64,000 nt of DNA from Minisyncoccota bacterium (GCA_028697015.1 JAQVFW010000002.1:5287-69286), one strand, 5' to 3'. Shown: positions 28,513-39,249, counted from the first letter of the stretch. The notes: a model not told the origin generated them from the letters alone. Numbers and translations: made by a program.

Positions 28513-29400
28513 TTATACCTTCAAATCCTTTATTGTTTTTTTTAATTCTTCTCCATATTCCGGATGTTCCAAAGAAAGAATAATATTTGACTTTAAAAGA
28601 GCAAGCTTATTTCCACATTCAAGCCACTCCCCTTCAATTTCTTTTCCATATATTGTTTTTTTATCCCTTAGCATATCGGAAAAAGCATTTGCCAGTATAA
28701 TTTCTTTTTTTGCGGTTGGTTTGGTCTTTTTTAAATAATCAAAAACCTCTGGAATAATAATATACTTTCCGACTACGGCAAGGTTTGAAGGAGCGCTTGA
28801 AAAAGACGGCTTTTCCACAATTCCTAAAATTTTATAATGCTTATTTGCTATTCTTTCTACATTGACGACCCCGTATGAAGAAAGCTTTTCCTTTTGAAGA
28901 GGAAAAAGAGAAAGAGTTGTTTTTTGGGAAGTATTAAAAACAGAAATAAGCTGGGAAAGAGCAGGGACTTTGGATTTAATAACATCATCTGCAAATAAAA
29001 TTGCCACCGGATCATCTTTTACCGCCTTTTTTGTTTCCAAAACCGCTTGTCCATCGCCCAAGGGATTTTTCTGGAAAACATAAGAAAAAGTAACTTCTTT
29101 AAAAAGGTTTTCCAGCTTCTTTATATCTTCAAGAATCTTTTCTTCTTTTCTTTCCCTTAAAACCTTTTCCACCTCCGAAAATGTTTTTTTATAGTTTGTA
29201 TATTCAAGAATTAATCTGTTATCTTGCCTTATTACAAAGATAATTTCTTTGATTCCGGAATTAATCGCTTCTTCAAGAATATATTGAATAACCGGTTTAT
29301 CTACCAAGGGCCAAAATTCTTTTGGGACTATTTTTGAAAGAGGAAGAAATCTTGTTCCCAGGCCCGCAAGTAAAATAACCGCTTTTTTTATTTCAGTCAT
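28513..29400 (-). CDS. galU: UTP--glucose-1-phosphate uridylyltransferase
   Basis: AVILLAGLGTRFLPLSKIVPKEFWPLVDKPVIQY N-terminal nucleotidyltransferase signature. Confidence 0.8.
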   Translation of the reverse strand: MTEIKKAVILLAGLGTRFLPLSKIVPKEFWPLVDKPVIQYILEEAINSGIKEIIFVIRQDNRLILEYTNYKKTFSEVEKVLRERKEEKILEDIKKLENLFKEVTFSYVFQKNPLGDGQAVLETKKAVKDDPVAILFADDVIKSKVPALSQLISVFNTSQKTTLSLFPLQKEKLSSYGVVNVERIANKHYKILGIVEKPSFSSAPSNLAVVGKYIIIPEVFDYLKKTKPTAKKEIILANAFSDMLRDKKTIYGKEIEGEWLECGNKLALLKSNIILSLEHPEYGEELKKTIKDLKV

Positions 29401-29409
29401 TTTTTTATA

Positions 29410-30651
29410 TTATTTTATTTTTCTCAATATTGCAGGAGTTTCATAAGAATCCTCCTCTAAAAAACCTTTTTCTATTTTTTGGTTTTCTTCTTGAATCTGA
29501 AGGCCATTCCTTCTTCTCTCGTCTTCCTTTCTTTCTTTTGTTTTAACTTCAATTTCCTTCTTAGAACTATTTTTCTTAATTTTTTTATTCTTTTTTTTAG
29601 AAGGAGCTTCGCTTTCTCCGCAACCTACCGCCAAAAGAATTGTTTTTATCTTGTTTTTATTCTTTTTGCTCTGATTTATGCCGAAAATAATTTTTGCTTT
29701 TCTGCTTGCCGAATTAGAGATTGCTCTTGATATCATGGAAACTTCGCTAAGGCATAAATCTTCCCCTCCTAAAATATTGTATAAAATGCCTTTTGCTTTG
29801 CTTGCGGGATATAAAGAAAAGGGATCTGAAGTAATTTTTTTCAAATCTTCCATAATATTTTCCCTGTCGATAGAATATGAATTCAAAAAAGCAAGCTGTC
29901 CTTTGCCGCTTAAAATAGTCCTAAAATCGGCAAAATCAATATTAATCACTCCGGGAGAATGTATCATTTCGATAAGCCCTTCCAAATTTTCAGCAAGATG
30001 CCTGTTTATAATAGAGAGAGCTTCTTTAATAGGAGTCTGCTTGTCAATAATTTCAAATATTTTTTCGTTTGGAATAAGGGAATAAGCATTAAGATAAGGT
30101 TTAGCTTTTTCAATTGAAGAAAAGGCAAATCCTTTTTTTCTTTCTCCTTCAAAATTAAACGGAAGAGTAAATATCCCATAAGTAAGGATATTCATTTTTC
30201 TTGCTTCTTTTGCAAAAATAGGCATTGCTCCGGAACCCGCTCCTCCTCCAAGACAGGAAACAATAATGCAAATATCCTGACCTGAAAGAATTTTTTCAAT
30301 TTTCTCTTTAGAAAGAGTAGCTGAAGATTCTCCCAAATCCGGGTCCATTCCGGTTCCGAATCCATAAGTAGCCCCTTCTCCTAAAAAGACCTTTTTTATT
30401 TTAGAAGAATTTTTTCTTGGCGCCACAGTATCGGTCAAAACAAAATCCGCTTTTTTAACTCTTGAAGAAATTTCAGAAATAATTGTTCCAGCCCCTCCTC
30501 CTATTCCAATAATTTTAATTTTTGTCTTCTGGACAACAGGAAGAACTTTTTTCTCCGCTTTTGGGGGCATCTTCTTTTCCCTTTTTTGCTTTTTAAGATT
30601 CTTCTTTTTTATTTTTTTTCTTGGCTCTTTTTTATTTTTATTCTTTGCCAT
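29410..30651 (-). CDS. ftsZ: Cell division protein FtsZ with Lys-rich N-terminal extension
   Basis: IKIIGIGGGAGTII, GGGAGSGAMPIFA, T7-loop NIDFADFRTIL, C-terminal YETPAILRK peptide. Confidence 0.8.
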   Translation of the reverse strand: MAKNKNKKEPRKKIKKKNLKKQKREKKMPPKAEKKVLPVVQKTKIKIIGIGGGAGTIISEISSRVKKADFVLTDTVAPRKNSSKIKKVFLGEGATYGFGTGMDPDLGESSATLSKEKIEKILSGQDICIIVSCLGGGAGSGAMPIFAKEARKMNILTYGIFTLPFNFEGERKKGFAFSSIEKAKPYLNAYSLIPNEKIFEIIDKQTPIKEALSIINRHLAENLEGLIEMIHSPGVINIDFADFRTILSGKGQLAFLNSYSIDRENIMEDLKKITSDPFSLYPASKAKGILYNILGGEDLCLSEVSMISRAISNSASRKAKIIFGINQSKKNKNKIKTILLAVGCGESEAPSKKKNKKIKKNSSKKEIEVKTKERKEDERRRNGLQIQEENQKIEKGFLEEDSYETPAILRKIK

Positions 30652-30687
30652 TTTTTGTTTTATAAAAATATTTAAAATCTATAACGG

Positions 30688-31056
30688 CTATTGTTGTTTT
30701 ATTGTTATAATCCTTACTCCAATACTGGCAATTTGCCCCCCTCCAAAAAGAAAAATAAAGGCAAAAATGGAAAAAGAAATTAAATTCATCATCATATTCA
30801 TTGATTCGGCCGGAAAAATATTTGAAATCTGCCCTGTTTTAAAGATTTCTTCAAAAATCATTTTTTGAACCGGGTCTTCTATTTCCATTATCTCCTTTTC
30901 TTCTTCAATTGGGGCTTCTTCTATTACAAAAATTTGAGGAGATAATGTTTTACCTGTAAAGATATTATAGGACACAAGGAGAGTAAAAACAATAAGAGAA
31001 ACCCCAAAAAGAAGCAAAATCCATCCTATAATATGCTTTATATAGAAATATGTCAT
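30688..31056 (-). CDS. Hypothetical small membrane protein
   Basis: Two predicted TM helices. No homology recognised. Confidence 0.3.
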   Translation of the reverse strand: MTYFYIKHIIGWILLLFGVSLIVFTLLVSYNIFTGKTLSPQIFVIEEAPIEEEKEIMEIEDPVQKMIFEEIFKTGQISNIFPAESMNMMMNLISFSIFAFIFLFGGGQIASIGVRIITIKQQ

Positions 31057-32105
31057 TTTTTTAAATAAATTGTCTGACTTGGAAAAGCCATTTTAACTTT
31101 TTCTTTTTCAAGTTTTTCTTTTATTTGAAGAAGAATCGACTGATGAGTATTCATAAACTCATTATAATCTCCCGAAAGAATATAATATACAATTTCAAAT
31201 AAAAGAGAAGAATCGGAGAATTCCGCAAAATGAGCTCTGTCAAATTTGGATAATTTTTCCTTCTTTATTATTTCTTCTACAATTTTTGGAATTATTTTAA
31301 GAGATTTTGTAGGTGTTGCATATTCTACTCCAAACTTGAAAACAACCCTTCTTTCTTTCATTTTTTTAAAATTTTGAATCCTGCTTGAAATAAGCTCATG
31401 GTTTGAAATTACAATCTCCTCTCCTTGAAGAGCTCTCAGGCGGGTTGTCTTGATACCGATTTTTTGCACGACTCCCATATGAGTGCCTGTAATTATAAAA
31501 TCTCCGACAGTAAAAGGCCTGTCAAAATGAATAGCAAAAGAACTAAAAAGATCGCTTAGAATGTTTTGAGCGGCAATTGCAATTGCTATGCCACCTATTC
31601 CAAGTCCTGCAATAAGAGAAGTAATATTTATCCCGAAATTTGAAAAAATAAGCAAAATGCCAAATACATAAAGAAGCCCTTTTAGAAGCTTGGCAATATT
31701 TGTTATCGCATGTTTTGTCCCTTCGTCTTTTTCCTTTAAAAAGTATTTTGGAAGAAGATAATCAATTGCAACATGGGAAACAAGAACAGCTTGATAAACA
31801 ATAATAATTAAAAAAGCTCCGTCTAAAATATGAAATATTATTGAATTTGCATATATAAAAAGTTTGAAAGAAAAATAAAAAGAAATAAAGACATAAAAGG
31901 AAAATTTAATTCCTTTTATTGTCCTTATTAATATTTTATCAAAATCTGTTTTTGCCTTTTCGGAGATCTTTGAAATTTTAACCAATATTATTTCCTGAAA
32001 TATCTTAAAAAGAATAAGAAAAAGAAAGAATAAAGATAAAAAGACGATATAATTAAGAACGCTATTTCCTAAAAAAACTACATTTAAAATTTGATCAATT
32101 TCCAT
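31053..32105 (-). CDS. mscS: Mechanosensitive ion channel, MscS family
   Basis: GLGIGGIAIAIAAQNILSDLFSSF...FTVGDFIITGTHMGVVQKIGIKTTRL. Confidence 0.8.
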   Translation of the reverse strand: MEIDQILNVVFLGNSVLNYIVFLSLFFLFLILFKIFQEIILVKISKISEKAKTDFDKILIRTIKGIKFSFYVFISFYFSFKLFIYANSIIFHILDGAFLIIIVYQAVLVSHVAIDYLLPKYFLKEKDEGTKHAITNIAKLLKGLLYVFGILLIFSNFGINITSLIAGLGIGGIAIAIAAQNILSDLFSSFAIHFDRPFTVGDFIITGTHMGVVQKIGIKTTRLRALQGEEIVISNHELISSRIQNFKKMKERRVVFKFGVEYATPTKSLKIIPKIVEEIIKKEKLSKFDRAHFAEFSDSSLLFEIVYYILSGDYNEFMNTHQSILLQIKEKLEKEKVKMAFPSQTIYLKK

Positions 32106-32119
32106 ATTATTAATATTTT

Positions 32120-32881
32120 TTATTCATATTTTCTTGCTGATTCTCTATAGGCGCAAAAATCGCAATCCAAGGAAGAAGAAGGCAATTCATTAGACATTAA
32201 GCACTCATGAGCTTCATTTAACGCCTTTTCCACCCATAGATCATTCCCTTCATAAGGAAGAAGGACAACATCAAATTCAAGTTTTTTGTCAAATGCCTCT
32301 TTATCAGCATCTCCATTACAATAGACAAAATATCCGACACTTGAAACCTTAAACCCGTTTTTTCTAAAAAGCCACTGATAAACTTCCATCTGTCTTTTAT
32401 ACCCTATCTGCCAAGGCGCATCTATATTAATCTCTCCGTTTTTGGAAGTAGCTTTATAATCAACGATAATAAGCTCCCCTTTCGGATTAATCCAAACATC
32501 GTCAACTCCTCCGGTTACGATAAAATTAGTCGGTAAATGAAGATATCGAATTCCTCTTCTTAAAGAATCCCGCCATTCTTCCATTTTTTCGTGGGAAAAA
32601 GGAACAGCGTCAACTCCGTATTTTTCCATTAAAGGATGAGAACTTCCATTTACTCTATGAACATCAAATTCTTTTTTAAGAAGCTTGTCTACTGCAGAAT
32701 TAAGCGAAAAAGGATATCCCGGCGGTTGAGCAACTCCAAGCCGGCGGTCAAGGTAAAAACACCTCTTACAATTTAAAAAAAGATCTATTTTTGTTCTGCT
32801 TAGCCGAAAAGGATCCTTGGAATTCGGTTCAAAAAGAGAGCTATTTCTTTGTGAGTTATAGTATTTTGACATAACTTTCAA
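32120..32881 (-). CDS. Cas4/RecB-like PD-(D/E)XK nuclease with Fe-S cysteine cluster (stand-alone)
   Basis: N-terminal Cys (CKRCFY), D...ELIIVDYK nuclease motif, QMEVYQWLF (QxxxY), C-terminal CDFC. Confidence 0.65.
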   Translation of the reverse strand: MKVMSKYYNSQRNSSLFEPNSKDPFRLSRTKIDLFLNCKRCFYLDRRLGVAQPPGYPFSLNSAVDKLLKKEFDVHRVNGSSHPLMEKYGVDAVPFSHEKMEEWRDSLRRGIRYLHLPTNFIVTGGVDDVWINPKGELIIVDYKATSKNGEINIDAPWQIGYKRQMEVYQWLFRKNGFKVSSVGYFVYCNGDADKEAFDKKLEFDVVLLPYEGNDLWVEKALNEAHECLMSNELPSSSLDCDFCAYRESARKYE

Positions 32882-32937
32882 TTATCATAACAAATATCTT
32901 TCTGTTTGTTAAGGGAAGCTTTTTATTAAATCTATTC

Positions 32938-33489
32938 TTAATTGGTTATTCCTAAAATGTTGAGCCAATTTTCAAACCTTTCAAAGCTCTCTTTTCCGTA
33001 TTTTTTAATATCTTTCTTGATTTCTTCAATTGTTTTTTCCTTCTCTAAAAAATCTTTCTTTTTTGAGAAAAATTTATCGGCAACACAAACAATTTTCTCT
33101 TCAATAGTAAGAGGAATCATATCTTTAAAAGGCAAAGGAAAACCGCCTCTTTTTGTCTCTTCTTTTGATATTCCTGCTCCAACATGCCTTTCACAAACAA
33201 GGGCATGACTTAGAAAACCTTCTTTTTCCAAAATTTCTCTTCCTAAAAATCCATGGCAAATATATGGTCTTTTTCCAAAACAATAAATAGAAGGAGCATT
33301 GGTTAAAAAAATTCCTATATCATGAAGCATAGACGCTTCTTCTATAAATTTTAAGTCAGGATTAAGATTCTTATTTTTCCCCCCTATTTCCAGGGCCTTT
33401 TTTGCAACCGCTCTGCTGTGGCTTAGAAGAATATTACGGGCCTTGGTATTTTTTTCATAATACTTATTTATTATTTTCAAAAAATCCAT
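32938..33489 (-). CDS. HD-superfamily metal-dependent phosphohydrolase
   Basis: H...MLHDIG...CHGFLG...H pattern of the HD domain. 183 aa. Confidence 0.65.
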   Translation of the reverse strand: MDFLKIINKYYEKNTKARNILLSHSRAVAKKALEIGGKNKNLNPDLKFIEEASMLHDIGIFLTNAPSIYCFGKRPYICHGFLGREILEKEGFLSHALVCERHVGAGISKEETKRGGFPLPFKDMIPLTIEEKIVCVADKFFSKKKDFLEKEKTIEEIKKDIKKYGKESFERFENWLNILGITN

Positions 33490-33571
33490 ATGAGGACATT
33501 ATAGCAAAAAAGAAAAAGTATTCAAAAAAACGCCAAACGGCGTTTTTAAAGATTCTTCTTTTTTATAAAAA

Positions 33572-34198
33572 TCAAGCTTTACTGCTGTTTAGCGTCTTAA
33601 GTTTTAACGCCACTGTTCTTTCAAATCTCTCCCCTTCTTCAAGTTTTTGGGTAATATATTTTTTTGCTCTCTCAACTTCCGGAATATATACATGCTCTAA
33701 GGAATTAACCCTTCTTCTATTTTTCTCTATCTCGCTTGCAAGCTCTCTTATCTTTAAAGAAAGAGAAGCATATTCCATAAGATATTCCCCTAAAGATGCC
33801 ATTTTTTTCTTTGATAAAATAAATCGGTAATTTGATTTTTTAAAATCAACAGGACCGGAAAAGACGGCATCTTTGTTGATAATTCTATAATCATTTACTT
33901 CGACTCCCATAATATTTGACTTTGTTTTTTCAATTTCTGCTTTTGGAATAGAAGAAAGAGATTCTTTTGTTTCTTTCACCCCCAAAACATTTGAAGAATA
34001 AAAAAAATCAAGCAGCGCTAAAGGAAGTTCATTTTCAACCTTCTTTCTAAGAACAATAAGATCGTTTATCTTCTTTAGAAATTCTCTCATTAATCCTTCC
34101 AGTTTTTCTTTCAAAAGCTTATGCCCCGACTTTGCTATTTTAAGCCGTTTTTTTAGCTTCAAAAGTTCCTGACGAGTTGGATTAATTTTTGATTTCAT
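33572..34198 (-). CDS. atpD: V/A-type ATP synthase subunit D
   Basis: [29 protein letters not shown]-terminal signature. Confidence 0.8.
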   Translation of the reverse strand: MKSKINPTRQELLKLKKRLKIAKSGHKLLKEKLEGLMREFLKKINDLIVLRKKVENELPLALLDFFYSSNVLGVKETKESLSSIPKAEIEKTKSNIMGVEVNDYRIINKDAVFSGPVDFKKSNYRFILSKKKMASLGEYLMEYASLSLKIRELASEIEKNRRRVNSLEHVYIPEVERAKKYITQKLEEGERFERTVALKLKTLNSSKA

Positions 34199-35567
34199 CT
34201 TTTAAATATTTTTCAATATCTTCTTCTTTTACTCTCTTTAGCTCTTCTTTAGGCAAAATACTTAAAAGTTCCCAACCGATATTAAGAGTTTCTTCTATCT
34301 CTCTGTTCTCATTAATATTCTGTCTTAAAAACTTATCTTCAAAAAGACGGGCAAATTGTAAATAAAGAAGATCTGTTTTTGAAAGAGCCGACTCGCCTAA
34401 AATAACGGAAAGCTCTCTCATTTCAACGCCCCTTGCATAAGAAGCAAAAAGCTGACTGGCAAGACCAGGATGATCTTTTCTTGTCTTTCCTTCTCCTATT
34501 CCTTTATCTCTTAATCGCGACAAGCTCGGCAAAACATCAATTGGAGGATATATTCCGGACTGGTGAAGGTTTCTTGAAAGCATTATCTGCCCTTCGGTAA
34601 TATATCCGGTCAAATCAGGTATTGGATGAGTCTTGTCGTCTTCTGGCATTGTAAGAATAGGAATTTGAGTAACAGAACCGGGCTTTCCGGTAATAAGACC
34701 TGCTCTTTCATATATGGTTGAAAGGTCGGTGTATAAATAGCCGGGATATCCTCTTCTGCCGGGAATTTCTTTTCTCGCTGCAGAAACTTCTCTAAGGGCT
34801 TCGCAATAATTTGTCATATCCGTTAGAATAACCAAAACATGATATCCTTTCTTAAAAGCAAGATATTCTGCCATAGTTAAAGCCAGACGAGGAAGAATTA
34901 TCCTTTCAATTACTGGATCATCGGCGATATTCATGAAAAGAACCGACCTCTGAAGAGCTCCGGTTTTTTTAAATTCGTTTAAGAAAAACTGAGATTCTTC
35001 AAAAGTAATTCCCATTGCTCCGAAAACAATGGCAAATTTATCTTCCTTACCGCCGGCAATTTTTGATTGTCTTGCGATTTGAGCGGCAAGAAGTGAATGA
35101 GGAAGTCCGGCTGCGGAAAAAATTGGAAGCTTTTGGCCTCTTACAAGGGTATTTAATCCGTCAATTGCTGAAATTCCGGTCTGGACAAAACTATCAGGGA
35201 ATTCTCTGCAATAGGGATTAATAGGATTTCCGTTAATATCTACGGAATCTTCTGGAATTGGCTTTGAATGGCCATCAATAGGATTTCCTGAACCATCAAA
35301 AACTCTCCCAAGCATTTCTTCGCTAACCTCAAGAGACATAGTTTTCCCTAAAAATCTTACATTCGAGGCCTTTGTTTCCATTCCTCTTGTTTCTTCAAAC
35401 ATCTGAACAAGCGCCTTGCCTTCGCTCGCCTCAAGAACTCTGCCCATTCTTTTTTCGCCACTTGACATTTCTATTTCAACCAGCTCTTCATATTTAACAT
35501 TATGGATATTATCAACAACGATAAGAGATCCTACCACTTCTTTTAAACCTTTGTATTTTAACGACAT
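34182..35567 (-). CDS. atpB: V/A-type ATP synthase subunit B
   Basis: 461 aa, regulatory-subunit pattern without canonical P-loop. Follows the A subunit. Confidence 0.85.
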   Translation of the reverse strand: MSLKYKGLKEVVGSLIVVDNIHNVKYEELVEIEMSSGEKRMGRVLEASEGKALVQMFEETRGMETKASNVRFLGKTMSLEVSEEMLGRVFDGSGNPIDGHSKPIPEDSVDINGNPINPYCREFPDSFVQTGISAIDGLNTLVRGQKLPIFSAAGLPHSLLAAQIARQSKIAGGKEDKFAIVFGAMGITFEESQFFLNEFKKTGALQRSVLFMNIADDPVIERIILPRLALTMAEYLAFKKGYHVLVILTDMTNYCEALREVSAARKEIPGRRGYPGYLYTDLSTIYERAGLITGKPGSVTQIPILTMPEDDKTHPIPDLTGYITEGQIMLSRNLHQSGIYPPIDVLPSLSRLRDKGIGEGKTRKDHPGLASQLFASYARGVEMRELSVILGESALSKTDLLYLQFARLFEDKFLRQNINENREIEETLNIGWELLSILPKEELKRVKEEDIEKYLKDEIKN

Positions 35568-35610
35568 ATTTTTAAGAGTTTTAAATTATCAATATTACCT
35601 ATTGCCACTT

Positions 35611-37305
35611 TTAAGGAATAAATTTCATTTTTGCGATTTGCTGTTTTTCGGGCAAATCAAGAACATCTGATATGCTTTTTCCTTCATTTAACATTTTTAT
35701 TCCCTTTTTGTAATAATCAACTATCGCCTTTAGCATACTAAATTGCTTTTTCAAAGGGCAGTAAGTGTCGACTTTATCAAAGGCGCTCTGGACCAAAAAA
35801 TCCTCCCTTATTATCCTTCCCAGCTCCATTGTTAACTTGTCACTGTTTGAAAGCGATTCAAGGCCAACAAGCCGGACAATTTCTTCAAGCTTTGATTCTT
35901 CTCCTAAAATTTTCATTGCCGCTTCCCTATTTTCTGAAAATCCTTCTCCTGCATTTTTTTCAAAATATGAAGAAAGCGTTTCTGCATAGAGAGAATAACT
36001 ATTCAACCAATTAATTGCCGGAAAATGCCTGGCATAAGCAAGTTTATCTTCAAGCGACCAAAAAACTTTTGTTGTTCTTAAAGTATTCTGAGTAACAGGT
36101 TCTGAAAGATCTCCTCCTGGAGGAGAAACAGACCCGATAACCGTTAGCGCCCCCAAACGCTTTTTAGAAGAAAGGCATTCTACATACCCCGCTCTTTCAT
36201 AAAAAGAAGCTGTTCTTGAACCAAGATATGCGGGATATCCTTCTTCTCCCGGCATTTCTTCAAGACGAGCCGACATTTCTCTCAAGGCCTCCGCCCATCT
36301 TGAGGTTGAATCAGCCATAAGAGCGACGCTATAGCCCATATCTCTAAAATATTCCGCAATGGTTATTCCGGTATAAATAGAAGCTTCTCTTGCAGCAACT
36401 GGCATATTTGAAGTATTGGCAATCAAAACCGTTCTCTCTAAAAGGGGCCTGCCGGATTTTGGATCTTTTAACTGAGGAAATTCCTTAAGAACATCTGTCA
36501 TTTCATTACCTCTTTCCCCACAACCGACAAAGATAATAACATCAGCGTCAGACCACTTCGATATTTGATGCAAAACAACGGTTTTTCCGCTTCCAAAAGG
36601 CCCGGGGATAGAAGCGGTTCCTCCTTTTGCAACTGGGAAAAAAGCATCAAGAACTCTTTGCCCTGTAATAAGCGGCTCAAAAGGAACAAGTTTTTTTGAA
36701 ATAGTCCTTCCTTCTCTTATCGGCCAAACCTGAGACATGGAAAAGGAAAGATTATCTTCTTTAGATTTAATTTCAATAACCGCTTCTTTTACATTAAAAT
36801 CACCTTCTTTAATTGAAACAACCTGTGATGGTTTAACATTAAGAGGAAGCATGATTTTGTGAGTAACAAGAGGGGTCTCTATTACTTCTCCAAAAATATC
36901 TCCGGCTTCAATTATGTCTCCTGCTTTAACGGTCGGACTAAAATGCCATTTTTTTTCAAGGTCAAGAGAAGGCACATCTACTCCCCTTTCTATAAAATCG
37001 CCTGATTTTTCAGCAATATATTTTAAAGGCCTTTGTATTCCATCATATATCGAACCTATTAATCCTGGACCAAGAACAACCGAAAGCTGATTGCCCGTTC
37101 TATATACCGGTTCTCCGGGACCTATTCCGGAAGTTTCTTCATAAACCTGAATTGATGCCTTGTCTCCCCTTATTTCAATAACCTCTCCAACAAGGCCTTT
37201 ATCTGATACCTTTACAACTTCGTAAATCTTTGCCTTTTCCATATTTTCAGCGACTATAAGCGGCCCTGAAACTTTTATAATTTTACCTTTATTTTTTTCT
37301 TCCAT
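35611..37305 (-). CDS. atpA: V/A-type ATP synthase catalytic subunit A
   Basis: Walker A GPFGSGKTV. 564 aa. Confidence 0.85.
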   Translation of the reverse strand: MEEKNKGKIIKVSGPLIVAENMEKAKIYEVVKVSDKGLVGEVIEIRGDKASIQVYEETSGIGPGEPVYRTGNQLSVVLGPGLIGSIYDGIQRPLKYIAEKSGDFIERGVDVPSLDLEKKWHFSPTVKAGDIIEAGDIFGEVIETPLVTHKIMLPLNVKPSQVVSIKEGDFNVKEAVIEIKSKEDNLSFSMSQVWPIREGRTISKKLVPFEPLITGQRVLDAFFPVAKGGTASIPGPFGSGKTVVLHQISKWSDADVIIFVGCGERGNEMTDVLKEFPQLKDPKSGRPLLERTVLIANTSNMPVAAREASIYTGITIAEYFRDMGYSVALMADSTSRWAEALREMSARLEEMPGEEGYPAYLGSRTASFYERAGYVECLSSKKRLGALTVIGSVSPPGGDLSEPVTQNTLRTTKVFWSLEDKLAYARHFPAINWLNSYSLYAETLSSYFEKNAGEGFSENREAAMKILGEESKLEEIVRLVGLESLSNSDKLTMELGRIIREDFLVQSAFDKVDTYCPLKKQFSMLKAIVDYYKKGIKMLNEGKSISDVLDLPEKQQIAKMKFIP

Positions 37306-37307
37306 TT

Positions 37308-37586
37308 TTAATTGCTGAGCATGGGCATTTTAGCTCCCACCGCTCTCGTTATTTCTTTTTTCAAATATTCTTCGTCTTGCTTTTTAACAATTCCGGGTAA
37401 AAGGACAATTCCCGAAATTTCTTCGCTTAAAATGTCCTGGCTTACAAAAACAACTTCAAAATCCTCTTTTTTAATTTCTTCAAAAATCTGAAAAAATTCT
37501 TTCTCATTATCAGCAGAAAAGCAATAAAATCCCAAAAAGGAAAATGCCTCTGAATATTCTTTTGGGCCGATAAATGCTATTTTCAT
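37308..37586 (-). CDS. atpF: V/A-type ATP synthase subunit F
   Basis: MKIAFIGPKEY...FLGF, ~92 aa, in the expected operon position. Confidence 0.55.
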   Translation of the reverse strand: MKIAFIGPKEYSEAFSFLGFYCFSADNEKEFFQIFEEIKKEDFEVVFVSQDILSEEISGIVLLPGIVKKQDEEYLKKEITRAVGAKMPMLSN

Positions 37587-38176
37587 ATCATTCTGACGTT
37601 TTTTATAAGTTCGTTTATTTGAAGAGGCAAAATTCCCAGTTTCTTTGAAGAAAGTATAAGAGAAACTATTTTTTCTGCTTTTCTCTTTTTCAGTAGAAAA
37701 GCGAAAAAAGGAGAAAGTCCTTCTGTCTGCATTTCCGAAGCTAAAACAAATTCTTCTTCTTTTTCTTCAAGTAGGTCTTCTTTTTCTTTTAGTAGCTCCA
37801 TATCATTCTTCTTTGCCGTTTCTTCAAATTCTTTTAGTAATTGTCCGTAGGATTTTAAGAATGCAGATACTTTCTTTGACTTTATTTTCTTTGCGGTTTC
37901 GAAAACGTTTTCCTGATTTAAAGAAAGAAGATTTAATATTTCATCTTTCGCTCCCATTTTCAAAAGAATCTTTTTAAATTCTTCTTTTTCTTCTTTAATA
38001 ACATCTTCATAATTTGAAGAATCTTTTGAAAGGGCATAAGGGGCATAATCTGTATCCTGAAGAACTTTAAATGCTTCTTTTAAAGTTAGAGCGTTAATCA
38101 TTCTGCTAAAATCAGTAGAATCAACTACCCATTTTTCTTTAGCTCTTGCCCAATATATGAAAAAAAGATGCTTCAT
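37583..38176 (-). CDS. atpC: V/A-type ATP synthase subunit C (d-like), unusually short (197 aa)
   Basis: Operon position between E and F. Helical. Only ~60% of the usual subunit C length. Confidence 0.4.
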   Translation of the reverse strand: MKHLFFIYWARAKEKWVVDSTDFSRMINALTLKEAFKVLQDTDYAPYALSKDSSNYEDVIKEEKEEFKKILLKMGAKDEILNLLSLNQENVFETAKKIKSKKVSAFLKSYGQLLKEFEETAKKNDMELLKEKEDLLEEKEEEFVLASEMQTEGLSPFFAFLLKKRKAEKIVSLILSSKKLGILPLQINELIKNVRMI

Positions 38177-38766
38177 GAAAAAAGTAATGATAAATCGCTT
38201 TTATTATTTAAGACCGTCTCGTCAACTATCGAAGAAATACTCACTTCAAAGGAATATTTTTCTCCTTCAACTAAAAAACCGTCTTCAATTCCAAGCGATT
38301 TTTCGGTGACTTTTGCCTTTGGTAAAAGATTTTGAATTTCTTCTTTTTTTGAAAGAGGAGCAAAAACATTTTCAAAGGAAATAAGCTCTTCTAACTTATT
38401 TATTTTCTTTTCGTAGGCCTTTTTTCTTACATCAAAAGGAGCTTTTTTCAAACTCTCTTTAATTTCTAAAATAGCGCTGGTTATTAATTTTTCTTTTAAG
38501 GAAAGGCACTCCATCTTTAACTGGAATTCTTTTTCTTCTTTGTATTTTTCAAGAATGGCTCTTTTCTCTTTTTCAATTTGAGCGCTGTTTTTTTTAAGAA
38601 GGTCTTTTTCTTCTTTATTCATTTTTTCGTCCAGTTCCCTTATTTCTTTCTCAAAGTTTTTTTTCAACTCTTCTTTTCTTTTCTTTGTTTCTTCTTCTAT
38701 TTGAATAATAATAGGAGAAAGAGACGATATTGTCTTGGTGTTTGACATTTGTTTTTTCTTAATCAA
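38173..38766 (-). CDS. atpE: V/A-type ATP synthase subunit E
   Basis: Long N-terminal coiled coil followed by a globular C-terminal domain. Operon position. Confidence 0.5.
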   Translation of the reverse strand: MIKKKQMSNTKTISSLSPIIIQIEEETKKRKEELKKNFEKEIRELDEKMNKEEKDLLKKNSAQIEKEKRAILEKYKEEKEFQLKMECLSLKEKLITSAILEIKESLKKAPFDVRKKAYEKKINKLEELISFENVFAPLSKKEEIQNLLPKAKVTEKSLGIEDGFLVEGEKYSFEVSISSIVDETVLNNKSDLSLLFS

Positions 38767-38775
38767 TTTAAGAAT

Positions 38776-39249
38776 TTATATCACTATCCCGTTTAAAATC
38801 AGAATAGTTGCAAGAAGAGCAATAACGGCATAAGTTTCAACCATAGCTGAAAGAATAATAGCTTTCCCAACTTCTTCCGGCCTTTTAGCTAAAACAGATA
38901 TTCCGGCAGTACTTACCTTTCCCTGTAAAATTCCTGAAATAAATCCGGAAATTGCAATAGGAAGACAAGCAAAAAGAATTTGCCATCCTACTTCCGAAGG
39001 AAAAACCATTGACTCTCCTGTAAACATTCCTATTTTTTGAAGAACTAAAACAGCCGCTAGAAATCCGTAAATTCCCTGTGTTCCGGGAAGAACTTGAAGC
39101 ATAAGAGCTTTTCCAAATTTTTCCGGTTCTTCAGAAATAAGGCCTGAAGCGGCCTGTCCTACATAACTAATGCCGAGAGCTGAACCGATTCCGGCAAGCG
39201 CGACGGCGAATACTGCTCCCAAAATAGCTAAAAAAATTCCCATTTCCAT
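38776..39249 (-). CDS. atpK: V/A-type ATP synthase proteolipid subunit K (c-ring, 4-TM duplicated hairpin)
   Basis: LAGIGSALGISYVGQAASG glycine-zipper motif. 157 aa. Confidence 0.7.
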   Translation of the reverse strand: MEMGIFLAILGAVFAVALAGIGSALGISYVGQAASGLISEEPEKFGKALMLQVLPGTQGIYGFLAAVLVLQKIGMFTGESMVFPSEVGWQILFACLPIAISGFISGILQGKVSTAGISVLAKRPEEVGKAIILSAMVETYAVIALLATILILNGIVI

